NCBI GenBank assembly: GCA_963665325.3 | Contig: CAXXWS020000002.1 | Coordinates: 864,001-928,000 of the forward strand | DNA: 64,000 nucleotides | Source of the DNA: Alphaproteobacteria bacterium | GTDB taxonomy: Bacteria; Pseudomonadota; Alphaproteobacteria; Bin95 | Reading direction: 5' to 3' | In this document: positions 1 to 10,214 of the stretch, piece by piece | Layout of the letters: each line of letters begins with the position of its first letter | Position numbering within the stretch: position 1 is the stretch's first letter | Position numbers and translations under genes: made by a program | The notes under the pieces: generated by a model | What the model was told of the DNA's origin: nothing | The model's input: the letters and a program-made list of their open reading frames with translations, nothing else | Database searches by the model: none

Positions 1-437
1 GTCCAGCCATCGGGGCCGAGCCGCTGGCGCACGAACTCGAACTCGGCGCCCGTCATCTGGAACGCGCGGTCGATATTCGGCCAGTTGGGGCTCACGATCA
101 GCGCATGGTCGCCTGCGCCCGCAGCCATACGGGCGGCCAGAAAGATGCCGAGCATGGTCGAGCCCGGCACCGCCACCCGGTCGGGGTCGAGGTCGATGTC
201 GTATATCCGGTCGAGATAGGCCTTGATGGCCGCGAGCAGCTCCGCGCGGCCGCTCGGATGGTTGTAAAAGGTGAGGCCGTCGTCGATGGCCTGCTTGGCC
301 GCCTCGCGGATGAAGGCGGGCGTGACGAGATCGCCCTCTCCGAACCAGAGCGGGATGACGCTCGGATCGTTGATCCGGGGCAGCGCCACGCCCGTGATCC
401 CATTCTGCTCCAGCGTCTCGAATTCCTGTCGCAACAA
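1..437 (-). CDS. PLP-dependent aminotransferase class I/II (aspartate aminotransferase-like); 5' part only, runs off the window
   Basis: Manual translation, not in the ORF track: LRQEFETLEQNGITGVALPRINDPSVIPLWFGEGDLVTPAFIREAAKQAIDDGLTFYNHPSGRAELLAAI...IVSPNWPNI. TTG start at 437 or 434 is uncertain. Confidence 0.8.
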   Translation of the reverse strand, partial: MLRQEFETLEQNGITGVALPRINDPSVIPLWFGEGDLVTPAFIREAAKQAIDDGLTFYNHPSGRAELLAAIKAYLDRIYDIDLDPDRVAVPGSTMLGIFLAARMAAGAGDHALIVSPNWPNIDRAFQMTGAEFEFVRQRLGPDGW

Positions 438-548
438 GGCTGTCTTCCCGTTTCTGCGATGGCGCAACATAGCCGCAATCGCGCTTCCGTCCCACGCCTC
501 GCGCCCGGCGTGCCAACCGTGCAATATTGGGGCGGGGGAGATCAGGCG

Positions 549-1355
549 ATGTTGCAGCAGGCTATCGACTTGCGCGAGGAGGGCGCAGCGCTCCACGCTT
601 TCCTGGCGGGGCTGGACGATGCGGACTGGGCGCGGCCGACGCCGTTCAAGGGCTGGACGGCCAACGCTGTCATGCAGCATCTGCATTCCGGCGACTGGAT
701 GGCGTCGGTCTCGCTGGAAGACCCGGACCGGTTCGCCCGGATCGCAGCGGCGCGGCGTGCTGCGAGGGAGCGCGGCGAGGCCTCACCCGACCTGGGGGAA
801 GGCGCCCCGGAAATTCGCGAAGGCCCGGCGTTGCTGGAGCAGTGGTGGCGCCTCCTCTCCCGGCTCTGCAACCTGATGGAGGGGGAGGACCCCGACCGCC
901 GGGTGGCCTGGGTCGGCCCAGACATGGGCCTGCGCTCCTTTGCCACGGCCCGCCAGATGGAGACCTGGGCGCACGGGCAGGACATTTACGACCTCCTGCA
1001 GGCGCCGCGCGAGCATTTCGACCGGCTCGCCAATATCTGCGTGCTCGGCTGCCAGACCTTCGGCTGGACCTTCCGCAATCGCGGCCTGGAGCCGCCCGCG
1101 CCCATGCCCTGCGTGAGGCTGACGCTTCCGTCCGGCGCACCGTGGGAAAGCGGCGCGGAGAGCGCGACGGACCGCGTGGAAGGAACGGCGCTAGATTTCT
1201 GCCGCGTCGTGACGCAGGGCCGCAATATCGCCGATGTCGATCTGGAGGTCGTGGGCGAGCCGGCGCGGGCCTGGATGGCGATCGCGCAATGTTTCGCGGG
1301 CCCGCCCAACGATCCGCCGGCGCCCGGCGCGCGGGCATGGGACCGGCGGTCGTGA
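549..1355 (+). CDS. TIGR03084-like DinB-superfamily metal-binding protein (maleylpyruvate isomerase N-terminal-like)
   Basis: WARPTPFKGWTANAVMQHLH, RQMETWAHGQD, C-terminal AQCFAGPP; GGGGGAG upstream of ATG 549. Confidence 0.75.
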   Translation: MLQQAIDLREEGAALHAFLAGLDDADWARPTPFKGWTANAVMQHLHSGDWMASVSLEDPDRFARIAAARRAARERGEASPDLGEGAPEIREGPALLEQWWRLLSRLCNLMEGEDPDRRVAWVGPDMGLRSFATARQMETWAHGQDIYDLLQAPREHFDRLANICVLGCQTFGWTFRNRGLEPPAPMPCVRLTLPSGAPWESGAESATDRVEGTALDFCRVVTQGRNIADVDLEVVGEPARAWMAIAQCFAGPPNDPPAPGARAWDRRS

Positions 1356-2359
1356 AATTCGGCGTCCTGCAATTCTTCTCCTGGCCCGGACGGCGCGCGG
1401 CGCTCACCGAAGTGTACCGGCGGGCCATGGACCGTATCTGCGTCATGGACGAGACCGGCTACGACGCCGTCTGGCTGGCGGAGCACCATTTCACGGACTA
1501 CAGCGTATGCCCGTCCGTCCACATGCTGGGCGTGCAGGTGGCGGAGCGCACCAGCCGGCTGCGGATCGGCACGGCGGTTTCGCTCGCGCCTTTCTACCAT
1601 CCGCTGCGCCTCGCCGAGGAAGTGGCGCTGCTGGACCAGCTTTCCGGCGGGCGGGTGAGCTGGGGCGCGGGCCGGGGGTTCGACCCGGACGAATTCCGCA
1701 CCTTCGGCGTGCCCATGGCCGAGAGCCGGGCGCGGTTCCAGGAGGCGGTCGAGATCGTGCTGGCCGCATGGCGGAACGAGCGGTTGGACTGGGATGGCGA
1801 ATACTGGCGGTTCGAGAATGTCGAGGTGCTGCCGAAGCCGGCCCAGCAGCCGCATCCGCCGGTATGGGCGGCCTGCGGCTCGCCCGACGCCGCCGCGTGG
1901 GCCGGCAAGGCGGGCCTGGCGCCGCTGCTCGGGCCCCACGCGACCTTCGACGGGCTGAACGGCATCAGGGACACCTGGCGGCAGGCGCGCGACGGCGCCG
2001 GCCATCCCGCGACCGACCAGGACATCCCGACGGCGCGGCTGCTTGCCGTCGCCGACAGTGACGATGAAGCGGCGGATATCGTGCGGCGCGGCGCCGCCTG
2101 GATCGTCGCGACCTACAAGAACGAGTCCAAGGGCACCGCCAATCCGACCGAACAGGTGCGCGCGGACGGCACGGTGGAGGAAATCGACCCGGTGGAGCGC
2201 TATCTCGACAATGTGGCGATCTGGGGCTCACCCGCCCGCGTTACCGACGAGCTTTGCCGCCTCAGCGAAGAGAACGACCTGCATTACCTGATGTGCGCGC
2301 CGCTAAGCCACAGCTCCTTCCTTGGATTCACTGAGAAGGTGATGCCGAAATTCCTTTAG
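1352..2359 (+). CDS. LLM class (luciferase-like) flavin-dependent oxidoreductase
   Basis: MKFG..., VWLAEHHF, RLRIGTAV, HPLRLAEE, DQLSGGR, PKPAQQPHPPVW; GTGA overlap with the upstream gene. Confidence 0.9.
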   Translation: MKFGVLQFFSWPGRRAALTEVYRRAMDRICVMDETGYDAVWLAEHHFTDYSVCPSVHMLGVQVAERTSRLRIGTAVSLAPFYHPLRLAEEVALLDQLSGGRVSWGAGRGFDPDEFRTFGVPMAESRARFQEAVEIVLAAWRNERLDWDGEYWRFENVEVLPKPAQQPHPPVWAACGSPDAAAWAGKAGLAPLLGPHATFDGLNGIRDTWRQARDGAGHPATDQDIPTARLLAVADSDDEAADIVRRGAAWIVATYKNESKGTANPTEQVRADGTVEEIDPVERYLDNVAIWGSPARVTDELCRLSEENDLHYLMCAPLSHSSFLGFTEKVMPKFL

Positions 2360-2417
2360 GCGAGGCCGCACGGACGGGGTAAACAGGGAAGCTAAAGCCA
2401 GCCCGGAGAAGATTGCC

Positions 2418-3068
2418 ATGAAGCTCTACTACGACCCGATCACCGTGAATTGCCGCAAGGTCGTCGCCGGCCTCGACCTCGTCGGCGCCGGCTACGAGGA
2501 CGAATTGCTCAGCTATTTCGGCGGCGAACACAAGAAGCCCGAGTTCCGGGCAGTCAACCCGAATGCCGAGCTGCCGGCGCTGGTGGACGGCGACCTCGTG
2601 CTGTGGGAGTCCAACGCCATTCTCGTCTATGGGGCGGAGAAGACCGGCAACAGGACGGCCTATCCGGCGGATGCGAAGACTCGCGCCGACATCGCGCGCT
2701 GGATGCTCTGGGAATGCAGCAAGTGGTTCGACGGCTGCTATGTCTATTTGGTCCAGAACGTGGTCAATCCGATCCTCGACTCGACGCCGGATCAGGCGGT
2801 GCTCGCCGAGCACGAGCCGGTGTTCCGGGGCCTCGCCTCTATTCTGGAGGCCGGGCTCGAAGGGCGCGAGTGGCTGTGCGCCGACAACCCCACCATCGCC
2901 GACATCGCCGTCGCTGCGCCTATGCACCTGCATGCCGTGCAGAAGCTGCCGCTGGACGACTATCCGAACATCCGCGGCTGGATCGCCCGGGTGGAAGGGC
3001 TGCCCTGCTGGCAGAACTCGGACCCGGTCCCGCATATCCCGGCGGAGTTGCTGGCCAAGCTCGCCTGA
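2418..3068 (+). CDS. Glutathione S-transferase family protein
   Basis: VNPNAELPALVDGDLVLWESNAIL, PTIADIAV. Confidence 0.9.
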   Translation: MKLYYDPITVNCRKVVAGLDLVGAGYEDELLSYFGGEHKKPEFRAVNPNAELPALVDGDLVLWESNAILVYGAEKTGNRTAYPADAKTRADIARWMLWECSKWFDGCYVYLVQNVVNPILDSTPDQAVLAEHEPVFRGLASILEAGLEGREWLCADNPTIADIAVAAPMHLHAVQKLPLDDYPNIRGWIARVEGLPCWQNSDPVPHIPAELLAKLA

Positions 3069-3145
3069 TCGCCGAACCCGGTTCCGGCCGGGCGGCAGGC
3101 TGGGCCTCGAATGCGGTGACATCGGGCCGGGCTGCCCCGCTCCGA

Positions 3146-3174
3146 TTGACAGAGTGATGGTCGGGGACTAGGGA
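3146..3174 (+). promoter_or_regulatory. Candidate sigma70 promoter for sdhCDAB
   Basis: Perfect TTGACA at 3146-3151; the hexamer 17 bp downstream (TAGGGA) is only a weak -10. Confidence 0.4.
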
Positions 3175-3213
3175 GATTAGAGCCTTTCGTTGCGCGTGGG
3201 ACAGGCTTCTTCC

Positions 3214-3597
3214 ATGGCACCCGACAACCGGCCGCTGTCGCCGCATATCCAGATTTATCGCCCGCAGCTTACTTCCGTGCTCTCCATCGCCCACCGCGGC
3301 GCCGGGGTTGCGCTTGGCGTGGGAGCGGCGTTCTTCACCTTTTGGCTGCTTGCGGCCGCGTCGGGGCCGGAGGTCTTCCGGTGCGCGCAGGAGTTCTTCG
3401 GTTCCATCCTCGGCATCGTCGTGCTGGTGGGGTTTTCCTTCGCGCTGTTCTACCATCTTTGTAATGGTATCAGGCACTTGTTCTGGGACGCGGGCATAGG
3501 GCTCGAACTGGACCAGGCATACCGGTCCGGCTGGGCGGTCGTTGCGGCTGCCGTGCTGCTGACGGCGGGCGCCTTGGCCTGGGCGTTCGCGGGCTGA
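3214..3597 (+). CDS. sdhC: Succinate dehydrogenase cytochrome b556 subunit
   Basis: RPLSPHIQIYRPQLTSVLSIAHR, YHLCNGIRHLFWD. Confidence 0.97.
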   Translation: MAPDNRPLSPHIQIYRPQLTSVLSIAHRGAGVALGVGAAFFTFWLLAAASGPEVFRCAQEFFGSILGIVVLVGFSFALFYHLCNGIRHLFWDAGIGLELDQAYRSGWAVVAAAVLLTAGALAWAFAG

Positions 3598-3614
3598 TCG
3601 GGGAGGCGGGACCC

Positions 3615-3995
3615 ATGGAATTCAGGACCTCCGCCAAGACCGTGCGCGGCCTCGGCTCTGCGCGGGAGGGCGCGGCCCACTGGTGGGCGCAGCGCATGAC
3701 CGCGCTAGCACTCGTGCCGCTCTGCCTCTGGTTCGTCGTCTCGGTCTGCAGGCTCGCAGGCGCGGACCACGACCGGTTCACGGAATGGCTGGCCTCGCCT
3801 TTCAACGCCATTGCGATGCTGCTGCTCATCGTCGCCGGCTTCCACCATGGCGCACTCGGCGCGCAGGTGGTGCTGGAGGACTATATCGACCATGAAGGCT
3901 GGCGAACCGCTGCAGTCGTGGCCGTCAAGGGCGTGTGCTGGGTGCTGGTCGCCGCCTGTGTCTTCGCCGTTCTCAAGATTGCTCTCGGAGGCTGA
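3615..3995 (+). CDS. sdhD: Succinate dehydrogenase hydrophobic anchor subunit
   Basis: GLGSAREGAAHWWAQRMTA, HGALGAQVVLEDY. Confidence 0.96.
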   Translation: MEFRTSAKTVRGLGSAREGAAHWWAQRMTALALVPLCLWFVVSVCRLAGADHDRFTEWLASPFNAIAMLLLIVAGFHHGALGAQVVLEDYIDHEGWRTAAVVAVKGVCWVLVAACVFAVLKIALGG

Positions 3996-4004
3996 GGTCC
4001 GCAC

Positions 4005-5807
4005 ATGACCGCCAACGGTACTCCTGCATACGATGTGATCGAACACAGCTACGATGTCGTCGTTGTCGGCGGTGGCGGTTCGGGATTGCGGGCGACGCTC
4101 GGTTGCGTCCAGGCCGGCCTCAGGACCGCATGCATCACCAAGGTGTTCCCGACCCGCAGCCATACCGTCGCCGCGCAGGGCGGCATCGCCGCCAGCCTCG
4201 CGAACATGAGCGAGGACGACTGGCGCTGGCATATGTACGACACGGTGAAGGGCGCCGACTGGCTCGGCGACCAGGACGCCATCGAATATATGTGCCGCAA
4301 CGCCGTGCCGGCGGTGATTGAGCTCGAACATTTCGGCATGCCCTTTTCGCGCACGCCGGAAGGCACGATCTACCAGCGTCCCTTCGGCGGCCACATGAAG
4401 AATTATGGCGAGAGCCCGGCGCAGCGCGCCTGCGCCGCCGCCGACCGGACGGGCCATGCCCTGTTGCACACGCTCTACCAGCAAAGCCTGCGTCACTCGG
4501 CTGAGTTCTTCGTGGAATATTTCGCGCTCGACCTCGTCATGGGGCCGGAGGGCGACTGCCGGGGCGTGATCGCCTGGAACCTCGACGACGGCACGATCCA
4601 CTGCTTCCGCGCCAAGCTGGTGATCCTCGCCACAGGCGGCTACGGGCGCTCCTATTTCTCCTGCACCTCGGCCCATACCTGCACCGGGGACGGCAACGGC
4701 ATGATCGCCCGCGCCGGCCTGCCGAACCAGGACATGGAGTTCGTGCAGTTCCACCCGACGGGCATCTACGGGGCCGGCTGCCTCATCACCGAGGGCGCGC
4801 GCGGCGAAGGCGGCTACCTCACCAACTCCGAGGGCGAGCGCTTCATGGAGCGCTACGCGCCGACGGCGCGCGACCTCGCCTCGCGCGATGTCGTCTCGCG
4901 GTCCATGACCGTCGAAATCCTGGAGGGCCGCGGCGTCGGTGCGGGCTCCGACCATATCTTCCTGCATCTGGAGCATCTGGGCGGCGATGTGCTGCAGCGC
5001 CGCCTGCCGGGCATCACCGAGACGGCGCGCATCTTCGCCGGCGTCGATGCCTCCCGCGAGCCGATCCCGGTGCTGCCGACGGTGCATTACAACATGGGCG
5101 GCATCCCCACCAACTATCACGGCGAGGTGCTGAACCCCGCCCCCGGCGACCCGGACCGGGTGGTGCCGGGACTGATGGCGGTGGGCGAATGCGCGTCCGT
5201 CTCCGTGCATGGCGCGAACCGGCTCGGCTGCAACTCGCTGCTCGATCTCGTGGTGTTCGGACGCGCGGCAGGATTGCGCGCCGCCGAGACGGTGGACCAT
5301 GGCGGCGCCGTACCGCCTGCGCCGGCGGATGCGGCGGAGCGCCCACTCGCCCGGCTCGACCGACTGCGCCACGCCTCCGGCTCGGTGATGACCGGCGAAA
5401 TCCGCAGCGGCATGCAGCGCATCATGCAGAACAACGCCGCCGTGTTCCGGGACCAGAATGTGCTGGACGAGGGCTGCCGCCAGATGGACCAGTCCGCCGC
5501 CAGCCTCGCCGACATCAAGCTCTCCGACCGTTCGATGATCTGGAACTCGGACCTCGTGGAGGCGCTCGAACTCGAGAACCTGATGGTTTGTTCCATGTCC
5601 ACCATGTTCTCGGCCGAAGCGCGCAAGGAAAGCCGGGGCGCGCATGCCCGCGAGGACCTGCCGGACCGCGACGACGAGAACTGGATGGTCCACACGCTCG
5701 CGCACTGCGACGAGGACTGCAAGGTCGCGCTCTCCTACCGCCCGGTGCATGACTACACCCTGACCGGCGAGGTGGAGTACATCCCGCCCGTCGAGCGCGT
5801 TTACTAG
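4005..5807 (+). CDS. sdhA: Succinate dehydrogenase flavoprotein subunit
   Basis: [13 protein letters not shown]-attachment motif, QFHPTG, HGANRLG, ESRGAH. Confidence 0.99.
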   Translation: MTANGTPAYDVIEHSYDVVVVGGGGSGLRATLGCVQAGLRTACITKVFPTRSHTVAAQGGIAASLANMSEDDWRWHMYDTVKGADWLGDQDAIEYMCRNAVPAVIELEHFGMPFSRTPEGTIYQRPFGGHMKNYGESPAQRACAAADRTGHALLHTLYQQSLRHSAEFFVEYFALDLVMGPEGDCRGVIAWNLDDGTIHCFRAKLVILATGGYGRSYFSCTSAHTCTGDGNGMIARAGLPNQDMEFVQFHPTGIYGAGCLITEGARGEGGYLTNSEGERFMERYAPTARDLASRDVVSRSMTVEILEGRGVGAGSDHIFLHLEHLGGDVLQRRLPGITETARIFAGVDASREPIPVLPTVHYNMGGIPTNYHGEVLNPAPGDPDRVVPGLMAVGECASVSVHGANRLGCNSLLDLVVFGRAAGLRAAETVDHGGAVPPAPADAAERPLARLDRLRHASGSVMTGEIRSGMQRIMQNNAAVFRDQNVLDEGCRQMDQSAASLADIKLSDRSMIWNSDLVEALELENLMVCSMSTMFSAEARKESRGAHAREDLPDRDDENWMVHTLAHCDEDCKVALSYRPVHDYTLTGEVEYIPPVERVY

Positions 5808-5826
5808 CAAGGGAACGGCAACGCCC

Positions 5827-6603
5827 ATGGCCCAGCTCGCCCTGCCGAAGAACTCCAGGATCGGCTCCGGCAAGACCTGGCCTGCGCCCGCCGGCGCCGG
5901 CAGGACGCGGCGCTTCAAGGTCTATCGCTGGTCTCCGGACGACGACGACAACCCGCGTGTCGACAGCTACGATGTCGATATGGACGAGTGCGGGCCGATG
6001 GTCCTGGACGCGCTCATCAAGATCAAGAACGAGACCGACTCGACGCTGACCTTCCGCCGGTCCTGCCGCGAAGGTATCTGCGGGTCTTGCGCGATGAATA
6101 TCGACGGGACCAATACACTCGCCTGCACTCAGGCCATCGACGATATCCGAGGCGATGTGAAGATCTACCCGCTGCCGCATCTCCGGGTGGTGAAGGATCT
6201 GGTGCCGGACCTGAACGAGGCCTATGCGCAGCTTGCTTCCGTCGAGCCCTGGCTCAAGACGGTCAGCGCCCCGCCGGAGCGCGAGCGCCTCCAGTCCGAG
6301 GAGGACCGGGCAAGGCTCGACGGGCTCTGGGAATGCATCCTCTGCTTCTGTTGCGCCACAAGCTGCCCGAGCTACTGGTGGAACGGCGAGCGCTATCTGG
6401 GGCCGGCAGTGCTGCTCCAGGCCTATCGCTGGATCGCGGACAGCCGCGACGAGATGACCGGCGAGCGGCTGGACGACCTGCAGGACCCGTTCAAGCTCTA
6501 TCGCTGCCACACGATCATGAACTGCACCAAGACGTGCCCCAAGGGCCTCAATCCGGCCAAGGCGATCGCCGAGATCAAGAAGCTCATGGTGGCGCGGCGC
6601 TGA
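5827..6603 (+). CDS. sdhB: Succinate dehydrogenase iron-sulfur subunit
   Basis: [34 protein letters not shown]. Confidence 0.99.
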   Translation: MAQLALPKNSRIGSGKTWPAPAGAGRTRRFKVYRWSPDDDDNPRVDSYDVDMDECGPMVLDALIKIKNETDSTLTFRRSCREGICGSCAMNIDGTNTLACTQAIDDIRGDVKIYPLPHLRVVKDLVPDLNEAYAQLASVEPWLKTVSAPPERERLQSEEDRARLDGLWECILCFCCATSCPSYWWNGERYLGPAVLLQAYRWIADSRDEMTGERLDDLQDPFKLYRCHTIMNCTKTCPKGLNPAKAIAEIKKLMVARR

Positions 6604-6631
6604 CAGCTCAGCGGGACTGGGCGCCGCGGTA

Positions 6632-8482
6632 ATGGACGGCGATATCGGTCCAATCCTGGCCTTCGGGGCCATAGCGGTGGCGCTGGCGCTCTATGCGACG
6701 CCGAGAATGCCGCTGGAATACTCCTCGCTGTTTGTGGTGTGCCTGCTGCTGCTGGCGTTCCACATCTTCCCGGAAACGGGACCGAAAGGCGGTAATCTGC
6801 TCGGTCCGGGCGCCCTGCTCGCGGGGTTCGCCAATCCGGCGCTGATCGCTCTTCTCGGTCTGATCGTGATGGGGCAGGGGCTGGCGCAGACGGGCGCGCT
6901 CGACCACGGCGCGCGAGCGTTGCTGCGGATTGCGGGCGGGCGCACGGAAGTGGCGCTCATTGTATCTCTGCTGGCGGTGCTGCTCATCAGCGGCGTGCTC
7001 AACAACACGCCGGTCGTGGTGATCTTCATACCGATCCTGCAGGCATTCGCCAGCCGGGGCGGCACGCCGCCGAGCCGTTCCATGATGATCCTGAGCTATG
7101 CCTCGATCCTGGGAGGCATGACGACCCTGATCGGCTCCAGCACGAACCTGCTGGTCTCCGGGATGCTGACCGACCTCGGGCAACCGGGTTTCGGGTTCTT
7201 CGATTTCACTCTTCCCGGTCTGGCAGTAGCACTGCCGGGTCTCCTCTTTGCGCTTCTGGTCGTTCGCCGGCTGCTGCCGGAGCGTAGTGCGGCGGGAAGC
7301 AGCGGCATTGCAACCGGCCGCCAGTTCCTTGCGCAGATCGACATCGTCCAGGGGCGGCCGCTCGACGGGCTGAGGCCAGCCGGCGGGTTCTTCCCCGACC
7401 TTGCAGATGTGACGGTCCACGCCATCCGGCGCGGCGAGTCGCGTCTGCTGCCGCCGTATGGCGAGGAGGCCGTGCTCCGGCCGGGCGATATCGTGATCGT
7501 GAGCGCCACGCGACAGGCGCTGACCGATGCCGTCCGGGGCGAGATGGACCTGCTGCATCCCTCGCTCGGCGACAGCTGGGCGGCGCGCGAGGACGAAACC
7601 CACGGCAGGCCGCCCTGGCTGCGCGGGCGCCAGCTTCTGGGCGAGGTGCTGGTAACGCCGGGCTCGGAGCTGATCGGCCGCACGCTGGAGCAGATCGGCT
7701 TCCGCTACCGGTACAACTGCGTGGTCGTCGGTGTGCAGCGGCGCGCAGCGCGCCGGCACGGCCCGATCACCGACCTGCCGCTCGCCGCCGGCGACGTGCT
7801 GCTGGTGCAGGGTACGGCCGAAGCGAAGGCGGCGCTGCGCGGCCGGCCCGGCATCCTGCCGATCGAATGGTCTGCAAGCGAGGTGCCGTCGGCCCCGGAG
7901 GCCCGGCGCGCGCTCGCGATTTTCGCGGTCGTGGTGGGGCTGGCGGCGCTCGACATCCTGCCTATCGTGATCGGCGCGATGGCCGGAGCGGCCGCCATGC
8001 TGGCAACGGGCGTGATGACGTTGCGCCAGGCCGGGCGCGCCATCGGCGCCGACCTCGTGCTGACCATCGCCGCCGCACTCGCGCTCGGCAAGGCGCTGCA
8101 GGAAACGGGCGGGGCGGCGATTCTGTCCGATCTGCTGGCGAGCGCGCTGTTGGGCGCCCCGGTACCGGTGGTGCTGTCCGCCTTCTTCCTTCTGGTTGCG
8201 GGGCTCGCGAACCTTGTCGGTACGAAGGCCGTGGCGGTGCTGTTTACGCCTATTGCCGTTTCGCTCGCCCAAGGCCTCGGCGCGCCGGTGGAGCCCTTCG
8301 CGGTGGCCGTCGTCTTCGCTGCCAACTGCGCCTTCGCAACGCCAATGGGCTACCAGACCAACCTGCTGGTCATGGGCCCGGCCGGATACCGCTTCCAGGA
8401 CTATGTGCGCGCCGGCCTGCCGATGCTGCTCTTCGTCTGGGTGACGGCGAGCCTGGTGCTCCCGTTCTACTACGGCCTGTAG
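6632..8482 (+). CDS. SLC13/CitMHS-type permease with TrkA-C domains
   Basis: Hydrophobic N and C domains, NNTPVV, GGMTTLIGSSTNLLV, ATPMGYQTNLLV; central soluble domains. Confidence 0.88.
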   Translation: MDGDIGPILAFGAIAVALALYATPRMPLEYSSLFVVCLLLLAFHIFPETGPKGGNLLGPGALLAGFANPALIALLGLIVMGQGLAQTGALDHGARALLRIAGGRTEVALIVSLLAVLLISGVLNNTPVVVIFIPILQAFASRGGTPPSRSMMILSYASILGGMTTLIGSSTNLLVSGMLTDLGQPGFGFFDFTLPGLAVALPGLLFALLVVRRLLPERSAAGSSGIATGRQFLAQIDIVQGRPLDGLRPAGGFFPDLADVTVHAIRRGESRLLPPYGEEAVLRPGDIVIVSATRQALTDAVRGEMDLLHPSLGDSWAAREDETHGRPPWLRGRQLLGEVLVTPGSELIGRTLEQIGFRYRYNCVVVGVQRRAARRHGPITDLPLAAGDVLLVQGTAEAKAALRGRPGILPIEWSASEVPSAPEARRALAIFAVVVGLAALDILPIVIGAMAGAAAMLATGVMTLRQAGRAIGADLVLTIAAALALGKALQETGGAAILSDLLASALLGAPVPVVLSAFFLLVAGLANLVGTKAVAVLFTPIAVSLAQGLGAPVEPFAVAVVFAANCAFATPMGYQTNLLVMGPAGYRFQDYVRAGLPMLLFVWVTASLVLPFYYGL

Positions 8483-8491
8483 CGGACTCGC

Positions 8492-9388
8492 TCAGCCGTC
8501 TCCCGGCACTGTGCCGGAAGGCAGGCTCTCGACATGGCGGCAGATCTCGCCGGGTCGGGTGAGCCAGATGCGGTTCCGGTGCCGCGCAATATGCTCGAAG
8601 ACGCGGCGCAGCGCGCGCATGCGGTAGGGCCGGCCGACGACGAAGGGATGCAGCGAAATCGGGAAGACCAGCGGCATGGCGGTGGACTGGTCGAGCATCT
8701 CGTCGAAACAGTCGATCAGCATGCTGGCATAGTCATCCGAGGAGTATCGGAACCAGACAAGCGCGCGATTGTCGTTTGTCTCGATGGGGTAGGGCATGGA
8801 GAGGATGCGGCCGCCGGAGCGGGTGCGCATCCAGACGGGCTGATCGTCATGCGTCCAGTCCATCACATAGCGGTAGCCGGCTTCCTGCAGCAGGTCGAGC
8901 GTCACCGGGCTGTTCGAGAGCCAGGGGCTCATCCAGCCGGTCGGCGGCGCGCCTTCGTTCTCGACGATGGCGCGCGTCACCTCCTCGATATGCGCGCGCT
9001 CTTCGTCTTCCGGCAGCCCGCCCTGCTCCTCGGAGTTGGTCACGCCGTGGCCCAGGATCTCGTCGCCGCGCGCCCGCAGCCGCTCTGCGATATCCGGGCA
9101 GTGCTCGTAGACGGCGGTATTCACCTGCGCCTGGCAGGGAATGTCGAGCGCGTCGAACATCTCGAACAGCCGCCAGATGCCGACGCGGTTGCCGTAGTCG
9201 CGCCAGGAATAGACCGACGCGCTGACCGCCTGGTCCGGCGGCGCGACGCCCGCGCCCTTGCCGCGCCCCCAGGCGAATACCTCGACATTGAGCGCGACAT
9301 AGACGGCGAGCCGGTTTCCATCGGGCCAGTCATAGACGGGGCGCGAGACGATGCTCGAATAGTCGTAGCGTCCGTGAGTCTCCAGCAT
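8492..9388 (-). CDS. Polysaccharide deacetylase (CE4) family protein, PuuE-like subgroup
   Basis: WPDGNRLAVYVALNVE, SWRDYGNRVGIWR, GHG, LHPFVVGRPYR. Confidence 0.85.
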   Translation of the reverse strand: MLETHGRYDYSSIVSRPVYDWPDGNRLAVYVALNVEVFAWGRGKGAGVAPPDQAVSASVYSWRDYGNRVGIWRLFEMFDALDIPCQAQVNTAVYEHCPDIAERLRARGDEILGHGVTNSEEQGGLPEDEERAHIEEVTRAIVENEGAPPTGWMSPWLSNSPVTLDLLQEAGYRYVMDWTHDDQPVWMRTRSGGRILSMPYPIETNDNRALVWFRYSSDDYASMLIDCFDEMLDQSTAMPLVFPISLHPFVVGRPYRMRALRRVFEHIARHRNRIWLTRPGEICRHVESLPSGTVPGDG

Positions 9389-9392
9389 GGGC

Positions 9393-10160
9393 CTACTCCG
9401 CCAGGAATTCCGCGAGCCGTGTATTGTATTCGTCCGGCTTCTCGGCATAGGCGGCATGGCCGGCGCCCTCGAAGCAGGTCATCCGGACATCCGCCAGCAA
9501 GGCGGCGATCTCCTCGCCGCGCTCCGGCGGGGCGATGCCGTCCTGATTGCCGCAAAGCACGAGCGCCGGAATGTCGAGCGCCGTGAGGATGTCGCGGTTG
9601 TCCGTGCCGTTCAGCACGGAGACGCCGCCGGCGAACGCTTCCCGGGTGACTTCGCCCGCAATCACCGCAAGCCGCGCGAGAACTTCGGGCCGGGCCCCCG
9701 GCGCTGCCATGGTCGCGGCGCGCGTCCGGCCGCGTTCCTCCGGCGTGAGCGTGTCGAATTCGCGCTGCCGCTCCTCGAACCCAAGCGCACCAACGAAGCC
9801 GGCCCGCGTACCGGACAGGACGATCTTGTCGATGCGGCCGGCATGGCGGGCAGCGACGCGCGGCGCGATGATCCCGCCCATGGAATGACCGAGCAGGACA
9901 GCTGTCCCGATGCCGAGCCGGTCCAGCAGGCCCGCCGCCTCATCGGCCCAGCAGTCGGCTGTCTGTTCCGGCGCCGGGTCGGAGCCGCCGAAGCCGGGCG
10001 CGTCCCAGCCGATCACACGGCGGCTGCCGGCGAAGGCGCGATATTGCTCTTCCCAGGTCTTGGAGCTGCCGCCGATGCCGTGCATCAGCAGCAGGGCCGG
10101 GCCCTCGCCGACCTCGCGATAGGCAATCGGACCGGACCGGCTAAGTTCGGGCAGGGTCAT
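9393..10160 (-). CDS. Alpha/beta fold hydrolase
   Basis: LLMHGIGG, DAPGFG, GHSMGG nucleophile elbow, GAGH. Confidence 0.9.
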   Translation of the reverse strand: MTLPELSRSGPIAYREVGEGPALLLMHGIGGSSKTWEEQYRAFAGSRRVIGWDAPGFGGSDPAPEQTADCWADEAAGLLDRLGIGTAVLLGHSMGGIIAPRVAARHAGRIDKIVLSGTRAGFVGALGFEERQREFDTLTPEERGRTRAATMAAPGARPEVLARLAVIAGEVTREAFAGGVSVLNGTDNRDILTALDIPALVLCGNQDGIAPPERGEEIAALLADVRMTCFEGAGHAAYAEKPDEYNTRLAEFLAE

Positions 10161-10214
10161 GGCGAGGTTCCTCTCATCGACGCCCGGGCATGGTGGCGAT
10201 CCGGACTACGGCAA

